Made by a program: the position numbers and the translations under genes | Notes under the pieces: model-generated | What the model was told of the DNA's origin: nothing | The model's input: the letters and a program-made list of their open reading frames with translations, nothing else | Database searches by the model: none | Shown: positions 53,551 to 64,000 of the stretch, in pieces | Layout: every line of letters starts with the position of its first letter | Position numbering within the stretch: position 1 is the stretch's first letter | From: an uncultured Chroococcidiopsis sp. | GTDB lineage: Bacteria > Cyanobacteriota > Cyanobacteriia > Cyanobacteriales > Chroococcidiopsidaceae | DNA: 64,000 nucleotides | Assembly: GCA_964248365.1 (NCBI GenBank) | Contig: CAXTYC010000003.1 | Span: forward strand, 32,001-96,000 | Reading direction: 5' to 3'

Positions 53551-53820
53551 CTTAGATCTTGCACCTATCCCATAGTCCGCCTGCTAATTAATTAGCAGGC
53601 TAATAGCCAAAGTCTTCTTAAGAAGACTAACATTGGGAATCCGATGTAACTCTCTTTCAATGAACAATGAATAATTATCAATGAACAAAGAACAACTGAT
53701 AATTGATAATTGATCAAGGCTGTCTTTATTTTTTATGTCGTCAAATCCTGGGTTGCAGTCCATTTCAATGGACTTGAGCTATTAGCCCAAAACTTAAGTT
53801 TTGGGCGGTTATTGCAACTA
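53551..53820. mobile_element. MITE-like element (copy 2) with a 115-bp internal extra segment
   Basis: Matches 20608-20760 on both sides; extra segment 53638-53752 bounded by repeated TGGG and containing AATGAAC/TGATAAT heptamers. Confidence 0.75.
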
Positions 53821-55065
53821 TAAAGAATGGTGGGCATTGCCCACCCTACTGCTGTTGGAGGCAGAATAAAATGTTTGATTAGGAGCAGTTTTATGTAATG
53901 CTGCTTTTACCAACGGCAGGGTGACAGTAAAAGTCGTCCCCACTCCTTCTTGACTCTCTAGTGAAATTTCACCTCCATGAGTTTCTACACATTTTTTGAC
54001 AATTGTCAACCCTAAGCCAGTGCCGGCAATTGTTTCCACATTGTTAGCACGATAGAAAGGCTCAAACAGTTGCTTTTGGTCTTCTTGGGGAATGCCAATC
54101 CCTTGATCTTGAATTCGGAAGGTAACTGTTTTCTCCTGACCAATCAACTCAAACCAAACTGTACTGCCTACAGGTGAATATTTAATCGCATTCGTCAGCA
54201 AATTAACCAAAATGTGCCGCAGCAAACTTTCATCCCATAGCGAGTCCCCTAATTCCCCATGACAATTGAAAATCAGAGTCAAATCTTTCTGGCGCATACT
54301 TAATTGGGCTTCTTCAACCAGTTTGCGGCAAAACCCTTCCAAAGCTAACGGGGCGTGTTTACACTTAAGTTTGCCTGCATCAGCTTGACAGATAAGTAAG
54401 ACCTCATCCAATAGCCGAGCCATGTCATTAATTGCCGAGCGAATCAGCCCGAAGTTATTGAGTTTTTTCTCCTTGCTCAATTGGTGGTCATTGTTTTGCA
54501 GCAATCCAGTAGCAAGCATAATAGTAGTCAAGGGGCTGCGGAAGTCGTGAGAGAGCATGGAAACAAATTCAGATTTGAGCTGATTAATTTCTTTGGCTTT
54601 AAGTAGCTCATCTGTACGTTGCTGAACTTGGACTTCTAGCACCTGATTCACTGTTCGCAAAGCTTCTGAAACTTGCTTGCGCTCGATCGCATAACATATA
54701 GATCGAACCAGCATTTCATAATTAACCTGTCGCTTGACTAAAAAATCTTGCGCTCCTTGTCGAACAGCTTCGAGTGCAAGTTCATCATCATTCATACTTG
54801 TTAGCACGACAATTGGTAAGCTAGGAGCATAGCTAAGTAGGGGCGCGAGGGATGCCAAGCCTTGGCTATCTGGTAAAGTCAAATCCAACAAGACGACATC
54901 AACATCAAAGCAATCTGTTTTGAGTCGGTCAAGGGCTTCCCCTAATCGCTTGACATGAACTAGGCTAAACTGCTTAAACTTAGCTTGCTTCAGAAGCTCT
55001 TGCAAAAATCGGGCTTCTGCCAAACTGTCTTCAATCAATAGAATTTTTATTGTACTTGCAGGCAT
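53818..55065 (-). CDS. Hybrid response regulator / sensor histidine kinase
   Basis: REC (LLIEDS, LLDLTLPDS), HisKA (SHDFRSPL), HATPase (NLLTNAIKY, DQGIGIP, GTGLGL). Confidence 0.95.
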   Translation of the reverse strand: MPASTIKILLIEDSLAEARFLQELLKQAKFKQFSLVHVKRLGEALDRLKTDCFDVDVVLLDLTLPDSQGLASLAPLLSYAPSLPIVVLTSMNDDELALEAVRQGAQDFLVKRQVNYEMLVRSICYAIERKQVSEALRTVNQVLEVQVQQRTDELLKAKEINQLKSEFVSMLSHDFRSPLTTIMLATGLLQNNDHQLSKEKKLNNFGLIRSAINDMARLLDEVLLICQADAGKLKCKHAPLALEGFCRKLVEEAQLSMRQKDLTLIFNCHGELGDSLWDESLLRHILVNLLTNAIKYSPVGSTVWFELIGQEKTVTFRIQDQGIGIPQEDQKQLFEPFYRANNVETIAGTGLGLTIVKKCVETHGGEISLESQEGVGTTFTVTLPLVKAALHKTAPNQTFYSASNSSRVGNAHHSL

Positions 55066-55120
55066 AACCTTGTGGTTTCACCCCTACGCTTCCCAATCCA
55101 AAGTTATACAGACGCAATAT

Positions 55121-55302
55121 GTAGAGACGCGATATATTGCGTCTCTACAGTCGGTGCGAGCTTGGCTGTAAGGGGTGGTTTTTTTGGGTATTGTTTGTTT
55201 TGCCATAAATATATTTGTTAAATTACCTCTACTAAAGGTAAATTTTGTCAAAGCGCCTCCATCAGAGTTTTGTAGAGACAAGGGTATATTCGTTGTCTCT
55301 AC
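55121..55302. repeat. Two GTAGAGAC...GTCTCTAC REP-like palindromes
   Basis: 55121-55148 and 55272-55302; related copies at ~46423-46451, ~47326-47349 and 15370-15399. Confidence 0.8.
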
Positions 55303-55502
55303 TTAAGAATCTGACTTTTAGAAAAAATCCTCAATTAATCTTTAAATTAAGGATTTGCCGCCATAGACAAAAGAGAAATACAGATGATTTCCCTGCCTAA
55401 ATTAGGTATAGCTTACAGCAAGCCCTGGGCTTCTAACATCTGTAATTTCATCTAAAAAAGTGACTTTTGCCAAAATATGCGACTTTTTCATCCCTGATCA
55501 TT

Positions 55503-55949
55503 TCATGCTAAAGGTAAGGTTACGGTTTCCAACCAAAACTCTTCAATTCCTTTGACTATTTTGAATAACTGGCTGAGGTTGCGGGATTTTGTGATGTAGC
55601 AATTGACGTGTAATTCGTAGCTGTGGCTAATATCCTCTTCATTCTTTGAAGTTGTCAGTACAACTACGGGAATGCGTTTCAGCCTGGGATCAGCTTTAAT
55701 TTCTGCTAGCACTTCTCGACCATCTTTTTTCGGTAGATTCAAATCGAGTAAGATCAGATCGGGCTGAGGTGCATCAGCATACTCACCCTCTTGGCGTAAA
55801 AAAGCAATAGCATCCATGCCATTCCTAGCCGTCACCACTCGGTTTGGTATCAAGCTACTTTTTAAAGCTTCTTGAATTAGGCGGATATCAGCTTTATTGT
55901 CCTCGACCAAAAAGATCGTTTTCTGTTTTTCTTCCAGTTCTATGCTCAT
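55503..55949 (-). CDS. rcp1: Phytochrome-associated response regulator Rcp1/RcpA
   Basis: LVEDNKADIRLIQE, PDLILLDLNLPKKDGREVL.EIK.DP.LKRIPVVVLTTS, LFKIVKGIEEFWL. Confidence 0.92.
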   Translation of the reverse strand: MSIELEEKQKTIFLVEDNKADIRLIQEALKSSLIPNRVVTARNGMDAIAFLRQEGEYADAPQPDLILLDLNLPKKDGREVLAEIKADPRLKRIPVVVLTTSKNEEDISHSYELHVNCYITKSRNLSQLFKIVKGIEEFWLETVTLPLA

Positions 55950-58197
55950 GATTTTGTCCTTTCGCGGGAATCGTAAAGTAGAATGTCGCGCCTCCACCTA
56001 ATTCTGACTCCACCCAAATTTCACCTCGGTGACACTCGACAATTTTTTTACAAATAGCTAAACCCATGCCTGTACCGTAATACTCATCTCGCGTGTGCAG
56101 ACGTTGAAATATAATGAAAATGCGATCGCTAAACTGCGGCTCAATCCCAATCCCGTTATCTCGCACTGAAAATAGCCACGCATCTTCTAACCGCGAAGCT
56201 CCCACATGAATTTGTGGCGGCTTGTCACTGCGAAACTTAATCGCATTCCCGATTAGATTCTGGAACAGCTGCATCATCTGAGTACTATCAGCCATCAACG
56301 TCGGTAACTCGTCATGAGTAATCACAGCTCCACTTTCGGTTATCCTTCCCCGCAAATTACCCAAAGCGCGGTTTAAAGCCGTGTCTAAATCTATCGGTTG
56401 AAACTCAATTCCTTGCCTATCTACCTTAGAGTACGCCAGCACGTCATCAATCAGAGTCTGCATCAAGCTGACTCCCTCGACGGCAAAGGTGATAAACTCC
56501 TTAGCATCCTCATCAAGCTGCTCCAGGTAGCGCATCTCCAACAACTGTACATAGTTCGCTACCTGATTCAAAGGCTCTTGCAAGTCATGGGAGGCGACGT
56601 AGGCAAATTTTTTCAATTCAGCATTGGAACGCTCTAAATCAGCCGCTAACTGAGTCAGTTCATCTGCTTGACGTAGGACAATATTGATAACTGCCTTCTT
56701 TAGTTCCAGTGCTGCTTTAATTTCGACTGATTTCCAAGGTAAAGATGTTAAGCTTACCTTTTCTTTCCACAACTGAAATGATTTACGTGGAGACAAGCGC
56801 GCACTTCCATTTGATTGGTATACTTCAAATGCTTGTTTAGGATCGCCGCACCAATTCACTGTTTGAATTACTTCCGGTCGAAACCACAAAATATAATTGT
56901 TTTTGGAAATGGGAATCGCAAGCATTCCACTAGCTACGTTTTTAAATTTTGCTCCTTCTGGATAAATGTAAGACAAGGAATTTGTATATAAAATTTCTTG
57001 ATCGACGTTACTCTTTAGCCATTGCACTAACAAAGACAAATCTTCTTCGGGGGGAGTTTCGCCAATCAATGTATACTTTTGGGCAAAATATACTGCTGCT
57101 CCTTGAGCTTGGGTTAGCTGGAGGAGATTTGGAGCGTGTTTAACTAAACCATCAATAAAGTTTTCTGCTTGGGACATATACTCAATCAAAGCTGATTGAA
57201 TATATTTCAGCTTTATTCGATAATCGTAATCTTCGGTTTCTGCTTTAGCTGAAATTTCTGAAAATATCATTTGCCCCAAAAATTCGCAGGCTTTACGCAA
57301 TTCATAGGAGACATATTTAGGTGTTTGATGATGACAAGCAATTAGTCCCCAAAGTTTTTGATCTTTGATTAAAGAAATAGTCATAGAAGCACCCACACCC
57401 ATATTGTGCAAGTACTCTATGTGACAGGGTGAGGCGCTTCTGAGTATAGATAGAGTTAAATCAAGTGGACGTTGATTAACCGGATTATTTGCAGGTAAAA
57501 TCTTTACAGACTCACAATGGGTATCTGGTATTATCCTGATCCAATTGGAAGTAAATAATTTTCTAGCTTGTTTAGGAATATCTGATTCGGGAAAGTGAAG
57601 ACCAAGGTAAGATTCTAAACTTTCTAGTTTTTCTTCAGCAACGACAACTCCGTGTCCGTCATCATCAAACTTATATAGCATTACTCTGTCAAATTCGGTT
57701 ACTTTTCGCACCTCTTCCACAATGATTTGACAAAATTGCCGCAAATTTGATGTTTCTTCTATATGGTTAATAGATGCTCTGGCTAAATGATAAAAGCTTA
57801 AAAAAGGAATATTTTCTTGAGAAGCAGGTTCTAATTCTAAAATTAATAATCCTTCAGAATTGCGATGGAAAACTGCATCAAATACTACATATTCATCTCC
57901 TTGTTTTCTCACCCAAAGTTTGGTAGGATTGAGAAAATCTAAATTTCCTTCTGCAAGCCCTGAAAGAATTCTCTCTATTTGGAATGAATCGAGAATGTCT
58001 TCCAGTTTTTTTTGAATCAAGTTTTCAGAAGAAATGCCGAAAACAGCAGATGTGTTGCTGCTAACTTGTAATATTGTTAAATCGGGTTCTTCTAGAACTA
58101 AAAGTACCCCGTGAGGTTGAATTTGTCCACAAATATGGATCGGTTCCTCATCCAAAACAGTCAAATCAATACCTTGCCTTTGTAAATCAATTGACAT
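55894..58197 (-). CDS. cph1: Cyanobacterial phytochrome Cph1/CphA (AphA)
   Basis: EPIH..G.IQPHG (PAS), FDRVMLYKF, SDIP, LRSASPCH (GAF bilin Cys), PRKSF (PHY), ASHDLQEPL HisKA plus HATPase. Confidence 0.95.
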   Translation of the reverse strand: MSIDLQRQGIDLTVLDEEPIHICGQIQPHGVLLVLEEPDLTILQVSSNTSAVFGISSENLIQKKLEDILDSFQIERILSGLAEGNLDFLNPTKLWVRKQGDEYVVFDAVFHRNSEGLLILELEPASQENIPFLSFYHLARASINHIEETSNLRQFCQIIVEEVRKVTEFDRVMLYKFDDDGHGVVVAEEKLESLESYLGLHFPESDIPKQARKLFTSNWIRIIPDTHCESVKILPANNPVNQRPLDLTLSILRSASPCHIEYLHNMGVGASMTISLIKDQKLWGLIACHHQTPKYVSYELRKACEFLGQMIFSEISAKAETEDYDYRIKLKYIQSALIEYMSQAENFIDGLVKHAPNLLQLTQAQGAAVYFAQKYTLIGETPPEEDLSLLVQWLKSNVDQEILYTNSLSYIYPEGAKFKNVASGMLAIPISKNNYILWFRPEVIQTVNWCGDPKQAFEVYQSNGSARLSPRKSFQLWKEKVSLTSLPWKSVEIKAALELKKAVINIVLRQADELTQLAADLERSNAELKKFAYVASHDLQEPLNQVANYVQLLEMRYLEQLDEDAKEFITFAVEGVSLMQTLIDDVLAYSKVDRQGIEFQPIDLDTALNRALGNLRGRITESGAVITHDELPTLMADSTQMMQLFQNLIGNAIKFRSDKPPQIHVGASRLEDAWLFSVRDNGIGIEPQFSDRIFIIFQRLHTRDEYYGTGMGLAICKKIVECHRGEIWVESELGGGATFYFTIPAKGQNHEHRTGRKTENDLFGRGQ

Positions 58198-58630
58198 TAG
58201 GATCGTCCTGTAGGGTTGAAAGTGACGAAATTAAGAAAAAACTTGATTTCTAAAGTTAGATTTTTCAGTTTTTACCGCGTTTTAGCGCTTTTTTGCTGAT
58301 CTGCTTTGCGTTCTGTCAGTCTAGCAACCCATATATCCTATCTGGGGGAAATGTTAAGAATTGCACTATTTTTAGAAGCTTTGTTGCAACAAATGCTTTT
58401 AGAGTGTTGCGTCTTTGTAACAATGGAAGAATCGCCAACAAAAATTACTCAAGAAAATTTGATTGAACTTAACTAATGAGTCGTTTGAGCTTGAATTTCT
58501 GGCGTTGCTGTCTATGCGATCGCACGAGGGCTATGCTTGGGGTGCGATCGCACAATCGTATCAATACGCTTGACGTAGAGAATAACCTATAGAGATACCA
58601 TTAACCCTACACCCTGCGTATGTTAGTGCA

Positions 58631-59605
<975 letters not shown>

Positions 59606-60295
59606 TTAATCACAGTTATCTGTTTCTAGGATCTCATATCTGTCGATCACGCTTTGCTAGTGGTAAGAAAATACCTATTTCTTCTACTGAAAGCTCCTAC
59701 AGAATAACGTTTGTGGGTTGAGCAGTACAATAGACCTCCTGCCAATATCAAATTCGATCCATCATACGTAAAGGCGATCCTTACCAAAAAACTCTGATTT
59801 CAACAGGTATTCTAGGTGAGTGCGCCCTTACTTATGTAGATGTTGATACTATTTGAAGCTGCACAGGGATTTAAATGCAGTTAGATTTTAATTCAGGGTT
59901 TTTTATATAATTATCGTAAATTTTGCCCTATCTAAAAAGTCTTTTTACACGGCTAGTGGGAACTGAATACCGTTATAGAGAATCAGTTTTTGTAATGTTT
60001 GTAAGTAAATATCACTACCAAATACTCTTACTCAAAATTTGAAGTAATGTTTCTTGCGACTTAGTGCTAATCGGGTAAGAAAGAGTTAGGGCTGTTGTCG
60101 ATCGCATCCATATATGACAATGCGATCGTGCAAACCACCCTACATCATCCCAAAGTAATAAAATTAGAATCTACACTCTCAGATCATCTGGTGACACATA
60201 AAACAGATTTAGTAACAAGTTCTACAGAAATGAAGTGACTAAAATTTGTATGCAGTAAGAGTTTGTAGCGTCCTATTCGAGCCAAATACCCGTTT

Positions 60296-62440
60296 ATGAG
60301 TTCTTCGATCCGCTTCCTCATGTGCGCCCCTGACCACTATGATGTGGACTATGTGATTAATCCCTGGATGGAAGGGAATATTCACAAATCCTCACGCGAT
60401 CGCGCTGTCGATCAGTGGCAAAAGCTTTTCCATGTCCTCAAAGATCATGCCATAGTTGATTTGGTGCAACCTGAACTAGGTGTACCTGATATGGTGTTTA
60501 CTGCCAACGCGGGACTAGTTTTAGGGGATACAGTTGTTCTTAGCCGCTTCTTCCACAAAGAACGCCAGAAAGAAGAACCATTTTTTAAACAGTGGTTTGA
60601 AGACAAAGGCTACACCGTACATGAACTACCCAAAGATTTGCCATTTGAAGGGGCTGGAGATGCCCTACTAGATCGGGAAGGGCGCTGGCTATGGGCTGGA
60701 TATGGCTTTCGTTCAGAACTCGACTCACACCCCTACCTAGCCAAATGGCTCGACATCGAAGTACTATCTTTGCGGTTGATGGATGAGCGATTCTATCACC
60801 TGGATACTTGCTTTTGTCCGCTCAACGGTGGTTATTTACTCTACTATCCTCCGGCGTTTGATGCCTATTCCAACCGCCTGATCGAAATGCGAGTTCCCGC
60901 AGGAAAACGCATCCCCATTGCTGAACCAGACGCGGTGAACTTTGCCTGCAACGCAGTCAATATTGACTCGGTTGTAGTGATGAATAAGGCAAGTGACGAA
61001 CTGAAAGAACGCTTAGCAGCAGCCGGATTCCAGGTAATTGAAACGCAATTAACGGAATTTCTCAAAGCTGGTGGAGCCGCCAAATGCCTAACGCTGCGCG
61101 TGACAGAGCCAGTGCGCGAGGAAGTCCACGCCAGTACGCCTGTAGAAAGTCGTATAATTCGGATGCAAGGTCATTTGCTCGATTCTGGCTTGATTAATCG
61201 TGCCTTGGATCTGGTGATAGAAAATGGCGGTAGTTTCCAAGTATTAAATTTCAATCTGGGAGAGCAACGGCAAAGTACTTCTGAGGCAGAAGTTAAGGTT
61301 ACAGCACCTTCTCACGAAGTCATGGAAGCTATTTTATCCCAGTTAATCGATTTGGGTGCGGTAGATTTGCCCCAAGATGAACGGGATGCAAAATTAGAGC
61401 CAGTAACACAAAATGGTGTGGCTCCAGACGACTTCTATGTCACTACTATTTATCCCACCGAAGTGCGCGTTGGTGGAGAGTGGATTAAAGTGCAAAATCA
61501 ACGCATGGATGGAGCGATCGCCATTACTCACATCCCCTATAACCCCCCTTACCAAGGGGGGAACAAAGGGGGGATCGTGGCACGATGCAAGCTTTTACGT
61601 GATTTAGAAGTAGGCGAACAAGTCGTGGTAGATGTAGCGGGTATCCGCACCATCCGCAAACCTGAATCACGGGAACAACGCAATACCCAGGAATTCAGCT
61701 TTATGTCAGCTGGGGTTTCCAGTGAACGCCGCGTCGAATTAGTGGTAGAACAAGTTGCCTGGGAACTGCGCCAAATCCGCGATCAAGGTGGTAAAGTGGT
61801 AGTCACAGCGGGACCTGTAGTAATTCATACTGGTGGTGGAGAACACCTAGCACGTTTGATTCGAGAAGGATATGTGCAAGCGCTGTTGGGTGGTAATGCG
61901 ATCGCTGTCCACGACATTGAGCAAAATATGATGGGTACTTCCCTCGGTGTAGACATGAAGCGGGGAGTAGCCGTAAGAGGTGGACATCGACACCATTTGA
62001 AAGCGATCAATATCATCCGTCGTTATGGCAGCATTGCCAAAGCTGTCGAGCAAGGTGTACTCAACAGTGGTGTAATGTATGAATGCGTAAGCAATAACGT
62101 ACCCTTCTGCCTTGCTGGTTCGATTCGAGACGATGGACCCTTGCCTGATACGCAGATGGACTTGATTAAAGCACAGCAGGAATATTCCAGGCTGCTGGAA
62201 GGTGCAGATATGATTTTGATGCTATCTTCTATGCTGCATTCGATTGGTGTGGGCAATATGACACCTGCTGGGGTGAAGATGGTATGTGTAGATATCAATC
62301 CGGCTGTAGTGACAAAACTGAGCGATCGCGGTTCTGTAGAATCAGTTGGTGTAGTAACAGATGTTGGATTATTCTTAAGCCTTCTGTTGCAGCAACTCGA
62401 TAAATTGACACGTCCTTACCGCGTCGCAAAAGCGGTTTAG
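60296..62440 (+). CDS. argZ: Bifunctional arginine dihydrolase / ornithine cyclodeaminase (ArgZ/AgrE, TIGR00300)
   Basis: Amidinotransferase-like N-domain (INPWM, PDMVFTANAG, FEGAGD, FYHLDTC, GGAAKC) fused to LOR/SDH C-domain (GHLLDS, FSFMS..VSSE, LAGSIRDDGPLP). Confidence 0.93.
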   Translation: MSSSIRFLMCAPDHYDVDYVINPWMEGNIHKSSRDRAVDQWQKLFHVLKDHAIVDLVQPELGVPDMVFTANAGLVLGDTVVLSRFFHKERQKEEPFFKQWFEDKGYTVHELPKDLPFEGAGDALLDREGRWLWAGYGFRSELDSHPYLAKWLDIEVLSLRLMDERFYHLDTCFCPLNGGYLLYYPPAFDAYSNRLIEMRVPAGKRIPIAEPDAVNFACNAVNIDSVVVMNKASDELKERLAAAGFQVIETQLTEFLKAGGAAKCLTLRVTEPVREEVHASTPVESRIIRMQGHLLDSGLINRALDLVIENGGSFQVLNFNLGEQRQSTSEAEVKVTAPSHEVMEAILSQLIDLGAVDLPQDERDAKLEPVTQNGVAPDDFYVTTIYPTEVRVGGEWIKVQNQRMDGAIAITHIPYNPPYQGGNKGGIVARCKLLRDLEVGEQVVVDVAGIRTIRKPESREQRNTQEFSFMSAGVSSERRVELVVEQVAWELRQIRDQGGKVVVTAGPVVIHTGGGEHLARLIREGYVQALLGGNAIAVHDIEQNMMGTSLGVDMKRGVAVRGGHRHHLKAINIIRRYGSIAKAVEQGVLNSGVMYECVSNNVPFCLAGSIRDDGPLPDTQMDLIKAQQEYSRLLEGADMILMLSSMLHSIGVGNMTPAGVKMVCVDINPAVVTKLSDRGSVESVGVVTDVGLFLSLLLQQLDKLTRPYRVAKAV
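61532..61575. repeat. Palindromic repeat inserted within argZ coding sequence
   Basis: atcccctataaccccccttaccaaggggggaacaaaggggggat; encodes IPYNPPYQGGNKGGI. Confidence 0.8.
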
Positions 62441-62509
62441 ATTACGAACCGCCAAGACGCAAACAACGCACTCGTAGGGTGGGCAATGCCCACCTTAACC
62501 ACGATCTTG

Positions 62510-64000
62510 CTAATGGTTGCTACCCAACCACCAGGTAATACCTTCGGCGATCGCAACAGCTAATTTCTTTTGTTCTTGAGGATTTACAATCCATTCAAAT
62601 TCATTTGGATTGATCATAAAACCCAGTTCCAATAATACAGATGGTGCTGTAGCCGGACGAGTCATTGCAAGATTATTCCAATAAACTCCATAATCAGGAC
62701 GATTCAGCTTTTTTACCAGGTAATTATGTAAAAACATAGCAAGGCTATGAGCTTGGGGATGATACCAAAAGGCGGCTAATCCTTTGGTATTCATAGCATC
62801 GCCACCATCGGGTAAAGCGTTGTAGTGGAGTGAAAGAGCGATCGCAGGTTCGATTTTGTCAATCATCGCCACCCGTTGTGTCAGCGACACCTCTTTATCT
62901 TCCTCTCGTGTCATATACACGATCGCCCCTAACTGTTCCAATTGTTCTCGCACCAACTTAGATATCACCAAATTAATATCTTTTTCAGGATATCCAGTAG
63001 GTCCAAGAGAACCAGTTTCAGCACCCCCATGCCCTGGATCTAAAAGAATTTTAATCCCAGACAAAGGTTTTTGTAGGGGCGGTTTTGTCAAAATTACCTG
63101 TTTTCCCACAGGTTTGTCTGTTAAACCCGTCCCTACAGTAGGGGCGGGTTTGTCAAAATTACCTGTTTTCCCATAGGTTTGTCTGTTAAACCCGCCCCTA
63201 CTAGGTGGATGACGCAGAGATAACACTAAGCTTGTACCGTCGTATCGCAATTTATAACCCCATTGCTGCCCAGATTTAAAGTTAAAAGTATATTGCAATT
63301 GAGTAGGTGAGACTTGTTGCCAATCCAAACGAGAAATAATTGGATCATCATCCAGGCGAATTACATCTGTTTGGGCAGTGGTGTTGTAGAGAGTCAAAGT
63401 TAAAGAGCGATCGCCCTGTTGTACACTTACAGGAACAGGCACTTGTAGCGGAAACACAATTTCTGTTGCACCTGGAACCATCCTACCTGATACACTGCGA
63501 ATGAGCGATCGCGGTGGTACAGCACCTGGTATTATCCGCGTTTCCTTACTATCAATCCAACCGCCATAGTCTAGGCGTAACCATTCCCCTTCTTTTCCAG
63601 TAACCGCCGCCCTTGTTCCTTTGGGTAGTGGAGTAAGGCGAGAATAATCTGTACTAGCACCAGTTCGGGCAACTCCTGCATCTGCTGTCACTTCAACCAC
63701 TTCTAGCCTTTCTGGTGAAACTATCGAAATCTCACCAACTCCCTTTTGAGTGATAGTTTTGCCATTGAGTGTTAGCTCAAATTCAGGTATAACTCCAATC
63801 ACCTCAGATTTACGTTGAACTGGGTTAGTGTCAGGTTCAGGTTGAACTGGGTTAGATCTCGGAATAATAGTACCAGTAATAACGCGATTACCCAATTTTA
63901 GGTTATTAACATCTGTCGGTAGGGTAGTACAACCTTGGTATTGTCTTGCTGCTGATTGCAATGTAGGCTGATTTTGTCCGGTTAAAAGTGCAGAATTAGC
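62510..64000 (-). CDS. N-acetylmuramoyl-L-alanine amidase (SH3 + Amidase_3), 5'-truncated by window edge
   Basis: ILLDPGHGG, EKD.NL, LSLHYNA, PSVLLELGFM.NP.E; SH3-like ARTG......TPLPKG...EWLRL. Confidence 0.93.
   Translation of the reverse strand, partial: ANSALLTGQNQPTLQSAARQYQGCTTLPTDVNNLKLGNRVITGTIIPRSNPVQPEPDTNPVQRKSEVIGVIPEFELTLNGKTITQKGVGEISIVSPERLEVVEVTADAGVARTGASTDYSRLTPLPKGTRAAVTGKEGEWLRLDYGGWIDSKETRIIPGAVPPRSLIRSVSGRMVPGATEIVFPLQVPVPVSVQQGDRSLTLTLYNTTAQTDVIRLDDDPIISRLDWQQVSPTQLQYTFNFKSGQQWGYKLRYDGTSLVLSLRHPPSRGGFNRQTYGKTGNFDKPAPTVGTGLTDKPVGKQVILTKPPLQKPLSGIKILLDPGHGGAETGSLGPTGYPEKDINLVISKLVREQLEQLGAIVYMTREEDKEVSLTQRVAMIDKIEPAIALSLHYNALPDGGDAMNTKGLAAFWYHPQAHSLAMFLHNYLVKKLNRPDYGVYWNNLAMTRPATAPSVLLELGFMINPNEFEWIVNPQEQKKLAVAIAEGITWWLGSNH
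63073..63201. repeat. Tandem pair of 64-bp GTAGGGGCG...CCCTAC palindromic elements within the amidase
   Basis: Units 63073-63136 and 63138-63201 are near-identical; total 129 bp keeps the reading frame. Confidence 0.9.

Noticed and set aside
55894..55949. 56-bp overlap between cph1 and rcp1
   Set aside because: As I recall, overlap of these two genes is usual in related cyanobacteria, so not treated as novel

Overview
Chromosomal window from a cyanobacterium, probably Nostocales or Chroococcidiopsidales (dense HIP1 GCGATCGC sites, heptameric STRR arrays, cpcG1/G2/G4-type operon). It is mostly housekeeping: peptide ABC transporter, rimP-nusA-ylxR-infB, recF, ndhS, rodA, mrp, hemF, cpcT, psb29, exbBD, tRNA-His, katB, cbiX-cobA, rluD, a phycocyanin operon (cpcBAC-D-D-EF-G-G-G), lysC, a cph1-rcp1-hybrid kinase phytochrome operon, por, argZ/agrE and an amidase. 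The standout is an accessory minus-strand module at about 15400-20537: a WGR+ARM/HEAT protein, a SWIM zinc-finger protein, then an unannotated ~210-nt structured element with retron msr-msd architecture. This matches the effector and ncRNA layout of type XIII (Mx162-like) retrons, but there is no reverse transcriptase; a palindromic repeat sits where the RT start codon would be expected. Other items missed by the ORF track are a decayed four-helix-bundle (23S rRNA IVS/bAvd-like) gene bracketed by inverted tandem-repeat arrays, a doubly frameshifted HNH nuclease behind an intact partner gene, MITE-like elements, and palindromic or tandem repeats inserted in-frame in recF, the amidase, argZ and lysC. 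All assignments come from reading the sequence and recalling protein families; no searches or folding programs were run.
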